Shown: piece after piece, positions 1 to 8,875 of the stretch | Layout of the letters: every line of letters begins with the position of its first letter | Position numbering within the stretch: position 1 is the first letter of the stretch | Source of the DNA: Trueperaceae bacterium | Lineage (GTDB): Bacteria; Deinococcota; Deinococci; Deinococcales; Trueperaceae | DNA: 39,273 bases | Assembly (NCBI GenBank): GCA_040905465.1 | Contig: JBBDRK010000046.1 | Coordinates: 72,924-112,196 of the forward strand | Direction: 5' to 3' | The notes under the pieces: model-generated | Seen by the model: only the letters and a program-made list of their open reading frames with translations | What the model was told of the DNA's origin: nothing | Database searches by the model: none | Program-made: the position numbers and the translations under genes

Positions 1-41
1 CTTGCGTCGTCATCTTGCGTCGTCATCTTGCGTCGTCATCT
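1..41. repeat. 13-bp perfect tandem repeat (CTTGCGTCGTCAT) x3 plus 2 nt, overlapping the stop codon of the PrsA-like gene; may extend beyond the window
   Basis: Read directly: cttgcgtcgtcat cttgcgtcgtcat cttgcgtcgtcat ct. Confidence 0.95.
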
Positions 42-1126
42 CCCGGTGCTGTTTCGGGCGCTGTTTCAGGCGCCGGTTCAGGCACCGGTTCTGGCGCGGT
101 CTCCGGTGTCGCTCCCGGCGCTGCTTCCGGGGCGGAATCGAGGGGAACACCAAGTCGCTCGGGGAATACTTCGATGTCGGCGTCCTGGCGCACCGCTTCG
201 ACCGCCTGGCCCAGGCGTTCACGCTGCAGCTGCTGCTCGATCTGCGGTTGCACTTCCGCCAGCGCGACCGGCTCCGCTTCGGTGCGCTCGTAGACCAGGA
301 TCACATGCTGGCCGAACTGGCTCTCAACCGGACCGACCGGTTCGCCCACTTCGGCGGCGAACGCCGCCTCCTCGAACGGCGGGACCATCCGGCCACGCTC
401 GAAACATCCCAGGTCGCCGCCCCGTCCACCCGGGTCGATACTGCGCTCGTCCGCCAAGGTCGCGAAGTCGCCACCGGCCTCGAGATCCGCCAGGGTCTGT
501 TCCGCCTCGGCGACCGACTCGACCAGGATGTGGCGGGCACACACCTCTTCGGGTTGCTCGAACGACTCCGGATTCGCCTGGTAGTACTCCTCGACCTCGG
601 CCTCGCTTACTTCTATCTCCGACTCCACCGAGTCCACGGCCCGCTGTATGAACTCTGTTTCGCGCACCAGCTCACGCAGCTGCGCCTCGTCACGAAAGCC
701 GGCCTGCACCAGGACGTCGTCGAACTCCTCGCCCTCGGCCAGGTTCCCACGAACATCTTCGACGAGTGCGTCCACCTCATCGTCGCTGACCGTGATCCCC
801 CGGCGCTCGGCCTCCTGCAGCAGGGCTACCTCCGTGGCGCGCTGCTCGAGGTAACTGGGCTTGAACGCCTCGAGTTGTGAGCGGATCTCCTGGTTCAGTT
901 CGAGTCCTTGGCTGGCAGCCAGCCCTCGGATAGCGATCTCGAAACGTGCCTCGAGGTCACTTCGTCTCTCCTGGTAATCACCTGCCTGCAGAACCACCGG
1001 GTCGTCGCCGGTCTCGTTGTTGCCGCTGTCGTTCCCCTGGCCGAGCGCGACACCGGCCAGCGCCGCCAGGATCAGCAGACACGACGCTGCGGGCTTGCTG
1101 AAGAATCGGTTGAAGGATGTCATCAT
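23..1126 (-). CDS. Exported parvulin-type peptidyl-prolyl isomerase / foldase (PrsA/SurA-like)
   Basis: Signal peptide (..AALAGVALG), SurA-N-like helical region, rotamase motifs [32 protein letters not shown]; low-complexity APET tail. Confidence 0.9.
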   Translation of the reverse strand: MMTSFNRFFSKPAASCLLILAALAGVALGQGNDSGNNETGDDPVVLQAGDYQERRSDLEARFEIAIRGLAASQGLELNQEIRSQLEAFKPSYLEQRATEVALLQEAERRGITVSDDEVDALVEDVRGNLAEGEEFDDVLVQAGFRDEAQLRELVRETEFIQRAVDSVESEIEVSEAEVEEYYQANPESFEQPEEVCARHILVESVAEAEQTLADLEAGGDFATLADERSIDPGGRGGDLGCFERGRMVPPFEEAAFAAEVGEPVGPVESQFGQHVILVYERTEAEPVALAEVQPQIEQQLQRERLGQAVEAVRQDADIEVFPERLGVPLDSAPEAAPGATPETAPEPVPEPAPETAPETAPGDDDAR

Positions 1127-1179
1127 GGCAGCACCCTATCACTCGATTCATGAGGAACCGGTTCGGCCGGCGGACGAAC

Positions 1180-2100
1180 TCAGGCTGCCGCGCCGGCGCT
1201 CTCCTTCTCGTCTGCCAGCGCCGCCAGCTCGCGGTAATGCTCGATCTGCTCCGCCGTCGGCGAATCTGGAATATCGATGGTTATCTCGGCGAACTCATCG
1301 CCACGGTCGCCGTCCGCCTTGGGCCAGCCCTTGCCTCGGAGCCGCAGCACGCGGCCAGCCCGGGTTCCGGCCGGAAGGTTCATCTCGACGTCGCCATCGA
1401 GGGTCGGCACCCGCACCGGACCACCCAGGACCGCGCGATAATCGGGCACCGGAACCTTGACGCGCACGTTGTCCCCATCCAGCTTGAAGGTCGGATCGGG
1501 CGACAGCTTCATCCGCAGGATCAGATCGCCGCCATCGGGCGCCTGCCCGCGCAATCTCAGTCGTGCGCGCTCGCGCGTTCCTGCCGGAATGGTGAACTCG
1601 ATTTGGCGCCCGTCGATGGTGATGGTGGTGTCGCCGCCGCGGTAGGCCAGCTGAAGAGCGATGGTCAGCTCGGCCTCGGTCGAGCGTCGGGCCGGCCGCG
1701 GGGCCTCCCCGAAGCCGCCGAACGAGTCCCGCTCACTGAAGCCGCTCCGGAAGCCCCCACTGAATCCGGCGCCGCCGCCGAACAGAGTCTGGAAGAAATC
1801 GCTGAATCCCGCTACATCCTCGGGGTTGACGTTCGTGTACACGCGGCCGCCGGCGCCCGGAGCGAACGGCTGCTGCCCGCCCTGCGAGCCGTAGCGGTCG
1901 TAGACCTTGCGCTTCTCGGCGTCGTTCAAGACGGTATAGGCCTCGTTGACCTCCTTGAATCGCTCCTCGGCCTGCTCGTCGCCCTTGTTGCGATCGGGAT
2001 GGTATTTGGCCGCGAGCTTCCTGAACGCGGCGCGAATCTCCTTCTGCGACGCCGTCCGGGGCACCTCAAGGATCTTGTAGTAGTCCTTGTACGCGGCCAT
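1180..2100 (-). CDS. dnaJ: DnaJ-family co-chaperone lacking the zinc finger (class B)
   Basis: J-domain [25 protein letters not shown] region, DnaJ C-terminal domain; no CxxCxGxG repeats; follows grpE. Confidence 0.93.
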   Translation of the reverse strand: MAAYKDYYKILEVPRTASQKEIRAAFRKLAAKYHPDRNKGDEQAEERFKEVNEAYTVLNDAEKRKVYDRYGSQGGQQPFAPGAGGRVYTNVNPEDVAGFSDFFQTLFGGGAGFSGGFRSGFSERDSFGGFGEAPRPARRSTEAELTIALQLAYRGGDTTITIDGRQIEFTIPAGTRERARLRLRGQAPDGGDLILRMKLSPDPTFKLDGDNVRVKVPVPDYRAVLGGPVRVPTLDGDVEMNLPAGTRAGRVLRLRGKGWPKADGDRGDEFAEITIDIPDSPTAEQIEHYRELAALADEKESAGAAA

Positions 2101-2118
2101 CAGCCTCTACCCTCCCGT

Positions 2119-2811
2119 TCAGCTTTGGTAAACCACCACGCGGGCCGGCCGAATCAACCGGTCACCCTTCTGGAAGCCGAGTTGAAAAACCTCGGCGATC
2201 GTCTCGGACTTTTCGGCCTTGTCGGTCGGGACGCTGGTGAGCGCCTCATGCAGGTCCGGATCGAAGCTGTCACCGACATTGCCTAAGGGCGTGATGCCCA
2301 GGGCCTCGAGGTTCCGCTCGAGGGTGGACAGGACACTCTGGACTCCCGGAACTATGCTTGCCGGATCGCCCGAATCGGCGGCGTCGATGGCCCGGCGGAG
2401 GTCGTCGAAGACCGACAGCACCGGCAACACGGCGCTATCGAGGCCGGCGTCGCGCGCCCGTTCGGCATCTGCCGCGGCCCGCTTCCGGAAGTTCTCCAGA
2501 TCGGCGCGGGCGCGCATGAAGCGGTCTCTCATCTCCTCGGAGTGCGACTTTGCCTCCTTGAGCTCCTCCTGCAACCGCATCAGCTCGCTGCGCAGGATCT
2601 CCGCCTCATCCGGGTCGTCGCCGTTCGCCGCCGAAGCGCCGCCCAAGGCGGACGCGGCTCCTCGATCACCGGCTTCGGCCCTGTTTTCGCCCCTGTTTTC
2701 AGCGCCGCCGCCGGCTCGCTCGACTACACCTTCATCGACGCCTTCGTCTACACCTTCGGCCCGCCGTCCGTCGGCGTCCACCATTCGCTCACTATCCCTG
2801 AACTCGCTCAT
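2119..2811 (-). CDS. grpE: Nucleotide exchange factor GrpE
   Basis: RARADLENFRKR, FDPDLHEA, GFQKGDRLIRPARVVV; lies between dnaK and dnaJ. Confidence 0.96.
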   Translation of the reverse strand: MSEFRDSERMVDADGRRAEGVDEGVDEGVVERAGGGAENRGENRAEAGDRGAASALGGASAANGDDPDEAEILRSELMRLQEELKEAKSHSEEMRDRFMRARADLENFRKRAAADAERARDAGLDSAVLPVLSVFDDLRRAIDAADSGDPASIVPGVQSVLSTLERNLEALGITPLGNVGDSFDPDLHEALTSVPTDKAEKSETIAEVFQLGFQKGDRLIRPARVVVYQS

Positions 2812-2830
2812 GTCTCGGTCCCTATCGGAC

Positions 2831-2855
2831 GGTAGGGCGCCCTGGGCGCCCTACC
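2831..2855. other. Intercistronic palindrome/hairpin between dnaK and grpE
   Basis: GGTAGGGCGCCC-T-GGGCGCCCTACC, 12-bp perfect arms; no U-tract. Confidence 0.75.
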
Positions 2856-2881
2856 TGTCTTCGTACGGCGGTCCGCACCGC

Positions 2882-4765
2882 TCACCCGGCCGGCTTGAAG
2901 TCGGCGTCGATGACATCCTCGTCTTCGGACGGCTCTCCTTCGGCGGCCTCGGCGCCCTCTTCCTGCGGCTGCGCGGCCGTCGCCTGCTGGAACTCCTGCA
3001 GCTTCCGCGCCAGATCCTGCGCCAACGACTCGAAGCGCTCCTTGTCGTCGGTTCCCGCCAGGGCGGTGTCGGCCTCCTTGATCGCCGCCAGCACCGGCTC
3101 CTTCTGCTCGTCGCTGGCGCCCTCGGCGTCGTCGACGGCGCGCTGGGCCTGACCGCGGATCGAGTCGAGGGCGTTACGGGCCTCGGCTGCCTCACGAGCC
3201 ACCCGGTCCTCCTCGGAGTGCGCCTTTGCGTCGTCGACCATGCGCCTGACCTCGTCCTCGGCCAGCGTGGTGGTGTTCTGGATGGTGATCGAGGCTTCCT
3301 TGCCGGTGGAGTTCTCCTTGGCGTTCACGTGCAGGATCCCGTTGGCGTCGATGTCGTAGGTGATCTCGATCTGGGGCGTATTGGCGGGCATCGGAGGGAG
3401 CCCTTCCAGCTTGAAGCGGCCGAGCGACTTGTTGTCGGATGACATCGCACGTTCGCCTTGCAGCACGTGCACCTCGACACCAGTCTGGTTGTTCTCGGCG
3501 GTGGTGAAAGTTTCCGACTTGCGCACCGGCACCGTGGTGTTCCGGTCGATCAGCTTGGTGAACACTCCGCCCTTGGTCTCGACACCCAGCGACAGCGGGG
3601 TAACGTCCAGGAGCACTATGTCCTCGACGTCGCCGGTCAGCACGCCGGCCTGGATGGCGGCGCCCAATGCGACCACTTCGTCGGGGTTGACCGACTGGTT
3701 CGGTTCCTTGTCGAGCATCTCCTTGACCAGTCGCTTGACGGCAGGTACCCGGGTGGATCCGCCCACCAGGATGATCTCATCGATCTCGTTTCGGCTGAGC
3801 TTGGCGTCTTTGAGCGCCTGCTCCACCGGGCCGCGAAGGCGCTTGAGCAGGGGATCGACCAGTTCCTCGAACTTCGAACGCGTAAGCTTCTTCTCCAGGT
3901 AGAGAGGGGCGTTCGACGCCGGGTCCATGGCGATGAAGGGCAGGCTGATCGTGGTTTCGGGGATGCCCGACAGCTCAACCTTTGCCTTCTCGGACGCCTC
4001 GATGAGCCGCTGGAGCGCCTGCTTGTCCTTGCGCAGGTCGACGTTGTACTCCTTCTTGAACTCGTCAGCCAGCCAGTTGACCACGGCGTAGTCCATGTCG
4101 GAGCCGCCCAGGTGGGTGTCACCGGCGGTAGACCGCACTTCGAACACGCCGTCACCGACCTCGAGCACCGATACGTCGAAAGTGCCGCCGCCCAGGTCGA
4201 ACACCAGTACGGTTTCGTTGCCCTTCTTTTCGAGGCCATAGGCAAGCGCTGCCGCGGTCGGCTCGTTGACGATACGTAGAACCTCGAGACCGGCGATGCG
4301 GCCGGCGTTCTGGGTCGCTTCCCGCTGCGAGTTGTTGAAGTAAGCGGGAACGGTGACGACCGCCTTGGTGATCTTCTCACCCAGGGTGGCGCTGGCGTCG
4401 TCGACCATCTTGCGCAGCACCATCGCCGAGATCTCTTCCGGCGTGTACTTCTTGTCGCCGATGACGAACCGAACGCCGCCGTCTTCACCGCGGACGACTT
4501 CGTAGGGCGCGCGTTCGGCCTCGTGCTTGATCTCGTCCCAGGTGCGGCCCATGAAGCGCTTGACTTCGAACAGGGTGCCATTGGCGTTGAGTACGGCCTG
4601 GCGCTTGGCGACCTGGCCCACCAGGCGTTGCTCTTCCTTGAACGCCACGACCGAGGGAGTGGTGCGGTTCCCCTCGCTGTTCACGAGAACCGTCGGCTCT
4701 CCGCCCTCCATCACGGCGATCACGCTGTTCGTAGTTCCTAAGTCGATACCGACTGCTTTTGCCAT
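2882..4765 (-). CDS. dnaK: Chaperone DnaK (Hsp70)
   Basis: [40 protein letters not shown]-terminal VIDADF; GAGGAG RBS. Confidence 0.99.
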   Translation of the reverse strand: MAKAVGIDLGTTNSVIAVMEGGEPTVLVNSEGNRTTPSVVAFKEEQRLVGQVAKRQAVLNANGTLFEVKRFMGRTWDEIKHEAERAPYEVVRGEDGGVRFVIGDKKYTPEEISAMVLRKMVDDASATLGEKITKAVVTVPAYFNNSQREATQNAGRIAGLEVLRIVNEPTAAALAYGLEKKGNETVLVFDLGGGTFDVSVLEVGDGVFEVRSTAGDTHLGGSDMDYAVVNWLADEFKKEYNVDLRKDKQALQRLIEASEKAKVELSGIPETTISLPFIAMDPASNAPLYLEKKLTRSKFEELVDPLLKRLRGPVEQALKDAKLSRNEIDEIILVGGSTRVPAVKRLVKEMLDKEPNQSVNPDEVVALGAAIQAGVLTGDVEDIVLLDVTPLSLGVETKGGVFTKLIDRNTTVPVRKSETFTTAENNQTGVEVHVLQGERAMSSDNKSLGRFKLEGLPPMPANTPQIEITYDIDANGILHVNAKENSTGKEASITIQNTTTLAEDEVRRMVDDAKAHSEEDRVAREAAEARNALDSIRGQAQRAVDDAEGASDEQKEPVLAAIKEADTALAGTDDKERFESLAQDLARKLQEFQQATAAQPQEEGAEAAEGEPSEDEDVIDADFKPAG

Positions 4766-4866
4766 CTCTGATCTCCTCTACTTAAGGTGTATGGGGACAA
4801 GGTAGCGCCGCGCCCCGGTCGTCAACAAACATGACTAGCCGCCACGCAGGACTCTCACTGTCGGCG

Positions 4867-4896
4867 AGTATACCAGCGTCCCGCAAGTGTTGTCAA
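4867..4896 (-). promoter_or_regulatory. sigma70-type promoter of the dnaK operon
   Basis: Minus strand TTGACA (4896-4891), 18-nt spacer, TGg-TATACT (4872-4867). Confidence 0.8.
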
Positions 4897-4900
4897 CAGA

Positions 4901-4921
4901 TATGAGTGTGGTTATATCAAG
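4901..4921. promoter_or_regulatory. HAIR-like operator (HspR-associated inverted repeat)
   Basis: Minus strand CTTGAta-N7-ACTCAta versus consensus CTTGAGT-N7-ACTCAAG (10/14), just upstream of the dnaK -35. Confidence 0.6.
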
Positions 4922-5123
4922 TTACTCTCATGAATACGGATGCGACGGTCATGGTGCCGGTGGCTGTTTCCGCGCCCAGCCCGGGCTATTTCCAGGCCGG
5001 TGCTGGTAATCTGTGCTGGCGGCGCAGACCGCGGGCCACTTGTTGCAGGGCCGGATACGGCCCGGCGAGAGCGGCCCGATGCACGCGCGAGAACGAGGCC
5101 CGAAAACGAGGAGGTTCATTGAG

Positions 5124-5408
5124 ATGCTCTATCTGGTAATCGCCAAGGACGCGCTGGATGCCGAGGCGCCTCATCGGCGGCAGCGGGTGCGCCCCGCTCA
5201 CCTCGCCGACCTGACGCCGCTGGCGGAGGACGGCACGGTGAAGCTGGCCGGAGCGATCCTCACCGACGATGGAGCCGCGATCGGCTCTGCCCTCCTGGTA
5301 GAGGCCGACAGCGAGTCGACGGTACGGAGCCTGCTCGAAGGGGACGTCTACTCTCGCGAAGGCGTATGGAGCACGTTCGAAGTCTACCCGTTCAAACAGG
5401 CGTTCTGA
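5124..5408 (+). CDS. YciI-family protein
   Basis: MLYLVIAKD..RQRVRPAHL..AGAIL..GSALLVEA..DVYSREGVW; GAGGAGG RBS before ATG 5124. The ORF-track start at 5013 is probably over-extended. Confidence 0.85.
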   Translation: MLYLVIAKDALDAEAPHRRQRVRPAHLADLTPLAEDGTVKLAGAILTDDGAAIGSALLVEADSESTVRSLLEGDVYSREGVWSTFEVYPFKQAF

Positions 5409-5437
5409 CGCCGGCTCGAGCTGTGAAAGCAAGCAGA

Positions 5438-5472
5438 CGTTTCGCCGGTCATGAGGGGTGACCGGCGAAACG
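5438..5472. terminator. Hairpin between convergent yciI and DUF62 genes (possible bidirectional terminator)
   Basis: CGTTTCGCCGGTCA-N7-TGACCGGCGAAACG, 14-bp perfect stem; U-tracts weak. Confidence 0.65.
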
Positions 5473-5564
5473 AAGTTCATGGCGGCGCACCGACGGGGCC
5501 GGGGAGCACTGTCCGCCACGGGTCAGGATAGGGCTCCGAGAGGGACAGTGGCTGAGTTGCTGCT

Positions 5565-6356
5565 TCACGCAACTTTCACCGACAGGCTGATCCTGCTCTC
5601 GACCGGCGGTCGGCCAAACGCCTCCCAGGCGTTTCCGCCACGGAGAAACAACTCCCTGAAGCGTACTTCGCTGCCATCGGGCAGGAGCCAACCACTGGAG
5701 CCGGGTGAAAACGCCAGCACGCCGTCGGGCACGGCGAAGCCGCCTCCTGCAACCAACGCGTCTCGCTGAACCCCGCCGATCCGCACACCGACGGTAGTAC
5801 CGGGTCGAGGCTCGGCAGCTCTGAACGTCGTTTTGATGTTGCCGTAGCCGTCTACGTAGGCCACGCACCCTTCGGGGGGAGAAGGCACCGTCTCGTCGCC
5901 CAAAGGTTCGGCCAGCAGACCCTCGTCACCGCCAACGAGCCGGGCAAAGGCTCCGGCGAAGAGGTCGCGCGACCTGAACTGGGAGCCGGAGGAGGCCACT
6001 CTCACGAACCGCAACTCCGCCGCCGCCGGCTTGAGGAATGAGAACGAGTAGCCGGCATTCGGCCCGACAACCATCGTTCCGTTGCCAAGACGCGCAAAGA
6101 CCAGCCTCTCACCGTCGTTGTCGCGGCGCACGCCTCGGTCGTCACGGCGCGGAGCCACGTTCTGAAAGATCGCCAGGCTCGGCGGTCCCGGGTTGAGCGC
6201 CAGTTGCGCCGCTGCGAAGCCCGCGGCCAAGGTGGCGAATGGGGGCACTACGGTATGGACGAAGGTCGATTCGGGCAGGTGCAGTGCCAGGCGTTGAGCG
6301 ACTTCGGCAAAAGCGAGATCGTTCTGGCCGTAGTCGGCTACCACGTGAATTAGCAT
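5565..6356 (-). CDS. DUF62 / SAM hydroxide-halide adenosyltransferase family protein (atypical active site)
   Basis: IHVVADYG, VVGPNAGYSFS, QFRSRDLF, YVDGYGNIKT, GGNAWEAF match the family layout. Confidence 0.82.
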   Translation of the reverse strand: MLIHVVADYGQNDLAFAEVAQRLALHLPESTFVHTVVPPFATLAAGFAAAQLALNPGPPSLAIFQNVAPRRDDRGVRRDNDGERLVFARLGNGTMVVGPNAGYSFSFLKPAAAELRFVRVASSGSQFRSRDLFAGAFARLVGGDEGLLAEPLGDETVPSPPEGCVAYVDGYGNIKTTFRAAEPRPGTTVGVRIGGVQRDALVAGGGFAVPDGVLAFSPGSSGWLLPDGSEVRFRELFLRGGNAWEAFGRPPVESRISLSVKVA

Positions 6357-6442
6357 GAAGACAAGTCTAGCCCGCTCCGGCTGGAGGCACCAGTGCCGGG
6401 CGAGGACGGCGACAGCGGACGGCGCGGTACTTTGGTGGCCGC

Positions 6443-7762
6443 TCAGAGCACCCGCTCACCCGCAACGTATACCTCGGACACGCTCTCTTCACGAGCCAGG
6501 GTAAAGGCTGCGGCCAGACTGGCTTCGGCCGATGGACTGTGCCGCCACACCTCTTCCAATGTGCTCCCCTGGGGAGGGCGCAACAACACCGCGTCGAACT
6601 CCATGCCCGGCGCGAACCAACCGACCCGCGGAAGATCGAGGGCCTTCGCTCCGGCGGCGGTGGCGAGGTAGAGGAGGTGCGCCGCAGCCAACGGTACACC
6701 CTGGTCGTGCAGCATCTGCCCCTGGTAGGCCGCCAGTCCCTCCTTCAGCACCCCGGGTCCGGTACCCGCTCCGACGTCGCTGCCCAGGGCCAGGCCAACG
6801 CCGTGCGCCAGGTGCCGCCGCATCGGAAAGAGGCCGCTGCCGAGAAACATGTTGCTCGAGGGACAGTGGCAGACAGAAGCACGAGCGGCCGCCAGCGTGT
6901 CGAGCTCCCCTTCGAGCGGGTGCACGTTGTGGGCATAGACCGAACGTTGGCCGACCAGACCGTGCCGCTCGTAGGTTTCGAGATAGCTTTCCGACCAGGG
7001 GAAGAGATCCGCCACCACCGCGATCTCGGCAGGGCTCTCGTTCAAATGGGAGGTGACCAGCAGCCCATCGATTTCGCTCGCCAACGCCCCGCAGGCCTCC
7101 AGCATCGCATCGCTGCATGACAGGGCGAAGCGCGGAGTGACCGCGTAGCGCAGGCGCCCGCGTCCGTGCCAGCGATCGGCCAGCGACCGGCTCTCGCGAT
7201 AGGCGGTCTCCGGGTCGACGTGCAGATCGCCGCGCAGCTCCCGGTCACTCACCACCAGCCCCGCGCTTATCCGCAAGTGCGAACTCTCGGCTTCCTCGAA
7301 GAAGGCCTCCATTGCAGGGGAAAAGTGCGCCCCGAACACCAGAGCGCTGGTGGTGCCGTTGCGGGCCAGAGCGCGCAGGAACTCTTTAGCCCGCGACCTG
7401 GCGTAGCCGGGCTCGGCCAGACGCGCCTCCTCCGGCAGGGTGCGGAGGTCCAGCCACTCCAGCAGCCGCAGGCCCATGGCGCCCACGACCGGTAGTTGCG
7501 GGTAGTGCACATGGGCGTCCACCAGCCCGGGCAGGAGCATGGCGTCGCGCCGATCGGCCACCTCGCTGTCGGGATAGCTCCGCCGGAGCTCGTGGTAGTC
7601 GCCGATCGCCAGCACCGAACCGGCCGCGACCGCCACGGCGCCGTCGTCCCAGGTCTCGAGCGCATCCTCGTGACTGAACGGATCGTCCGGCGTGTGGAAC
7701 ACCTGTGCCCGGAAGAGAGTGGTTGTCACGCCGGCAGGATACCGTGGGTCCGCGGCAGACAT
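6443..7762 (-). CDS. guaD: Guanine deaminase
   Basis: PGLVDAHVHYPQ, LLEWL..TLPEE, NGTTSALVF, YAVTPRFA, HLNE, CPSSNMFLGSG, LGSDVGAG. Confidence 0.93.
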   Translation of the reverse strand: MSAADPRYPAGVTTTLFRAQVFHTPDDPFSHEDALETWDDGAVAVAAGSVLAIGDYHELRRSYPDSEVADRRDAMLLPGLVDAHVHYPQLPVVGAMGLRLLEWLDLRTLPEEARLAEPGYARSRAKEFLRALARNGTTSALVFGAHFSPAMEAFFEEAESSHLRISAGLVVSDRELRGDLHVDPETAYRESRSLADRWHGRGRLRYAVTPRFALSCSDAMLEACGALASEIDGLLVTSHLNESPAEIAVVADLFPWSESYLETYERHGLVGQRSVYAHNVHPLEGELDTLAAARASVCHCPSSNMFLGSGLFPMRRHLAHGVGLALGSDVGAGTGPGVLKEGLAAYQGQMLHDQGVPLAAAHLLYLATAAGAKALDLPRVGWFAPGMEFDAVLLRPPQGSTLEEVWRHSPSAEASLAAAFTLAREESVSEVYVAGERVL

Positions 7763-7837
7763 TCTCCGTCCGGACGTTAGACTTGTGCGGGAACTACCGC
7801 AGTTGGACGGCGGTTGGGGGGCACGAGGAGATATTTG

Positions 7838-8809
7838 ATGACTGCTTTCCGGTCCCCATCATTCAACCGCCGCATGCCCTGGCCCGGTGCTCCGCTCCTG
7901 GTGCTCGCCGTGCTACTGGCTAGTTGCGCTCCGAGTACTCAGAGCGCCGTTCGGATCAGCCCCTCCTGCTCATCACCCGACCAGCCCGTGTCCGTGCCGG
8001 ATCCGTCGCTTCGCAAGGCGGTCACGAGACAAGCCGGCCTGCCCGAAGATGCGCCGCTCGACTGCCTGGCACTGGCCGGCCTGCGCACTGTCAGGACGAG
8101 TGACGTCGAACGGCTCGACGGCCTGGAGCATGCCGTGAACCTGAGCTCGCTGACCGTCGAGCGCTCGCGGATCGCCTCCTTGCAACCGCTTCGCGGACTC
8201 GACAGGCTGAACACCGTGATCCTGCCGGGCGGAAGCGTCCCCAGTCTCGAGCCCCTGCGCGGCCTCGCACACCTCCAGTTCCTGGACCTGACAGACAACC
8301 GCGTTACCGACCTGACACCCTTGACCGAGCTTCCCCAGCTCAGCGTCGTCAAACTCAGTGGCAACTCCATTGCCGACCTCTCCCCCCTGGCCGACTCAAC
8401 CGAGCTGATCGTCCTCGAGGCCGACGGCGGCCAAATCGAGGACCTTACCCCGCTCAGCGGCAGGACGGAACTGCACCGTCTCAAACTCAACGGCAACAGG
8501 GTGCGTGACGCTTCGGTGCTGTCTGGGCTGCCGCGGCTCGCCTGGCTCGAACTGGCCGACAACGACCTGACCGACATGGGCTTCATCGCCGGCCTGCGCA
8601 TCGAGCTGCTCGACCTTTCGGGAAACCGGATCGAAGATATCGCTCCCTTGGGCCAGAGCCTCAGCGTCCACGCGGGCGGCAGGTTCGACCTGCGGGAGAA
8701 CTGCCTGCGCATCGACGGCGGTGACCCCTTCCTGCAGGATCTGCGAGACCGCCGAGTGAACGTAATGCTGGAGCCACAGAAAGACTGCACGGAAACGGCC
8801 GAGGAGTAG
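7838..8809 (+). CDS. Leucine-rich-repeat (internalin-like) lipoprotein
   Basis: Lipobox LASC; about 9 LRRs of ~22 aa (e.g. LQFLDLTDNRVTDLTPL); Cys-containing caps; GAGGAG RBS before ATG 7838. Confidence 0.85.
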   Translation: MTAFRSPSFNRRMPWPGAPLLVLAVLLASCAPSTQSAVRISPSCSSPDQPVSVPDPSLRKAVTRQAGLPEDAPLDCLALAGLRTVRTSDVERLDGLEHAVNLSSLTVERSRIASLQPLRGLDRLNTVILPGGSVPSLEPLRGLAHLQFLDLTDNRVTDLTPLTELPQLSVVKLSGNSIADLSPLADSTELIVLEADGGQIEDLTPLSGRTELHRLKLNGNRVRDASVLSGLPRLAWLELADNDLTDMGFIAGLRIELLDLSGNRIEDIAPLGQSLSVHAGGRFDLRENCLRIDGGDPFLQDLRDRRVNVMLEPQKDCTETAEE

Positions 8810-8875
8810 CGGACTCGACGTCCCGGCAGCCCAACTGCATCTGAAACAGGCGGGGGCGAGCTTGCTAAGTCATTG

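Noticed and set aside
4766-4930. CIRCE element upstream of dnaK
   Set aside because: No TTAGCACTC-N9-GAGTGCTAA; the matches found are HAIR-like.
5565-6356. Annotating the DUF62 protein as a fluorinase
   Set aside because: Only the Ser position matches and other FlA features are not evident; kept as a hypothesis only.
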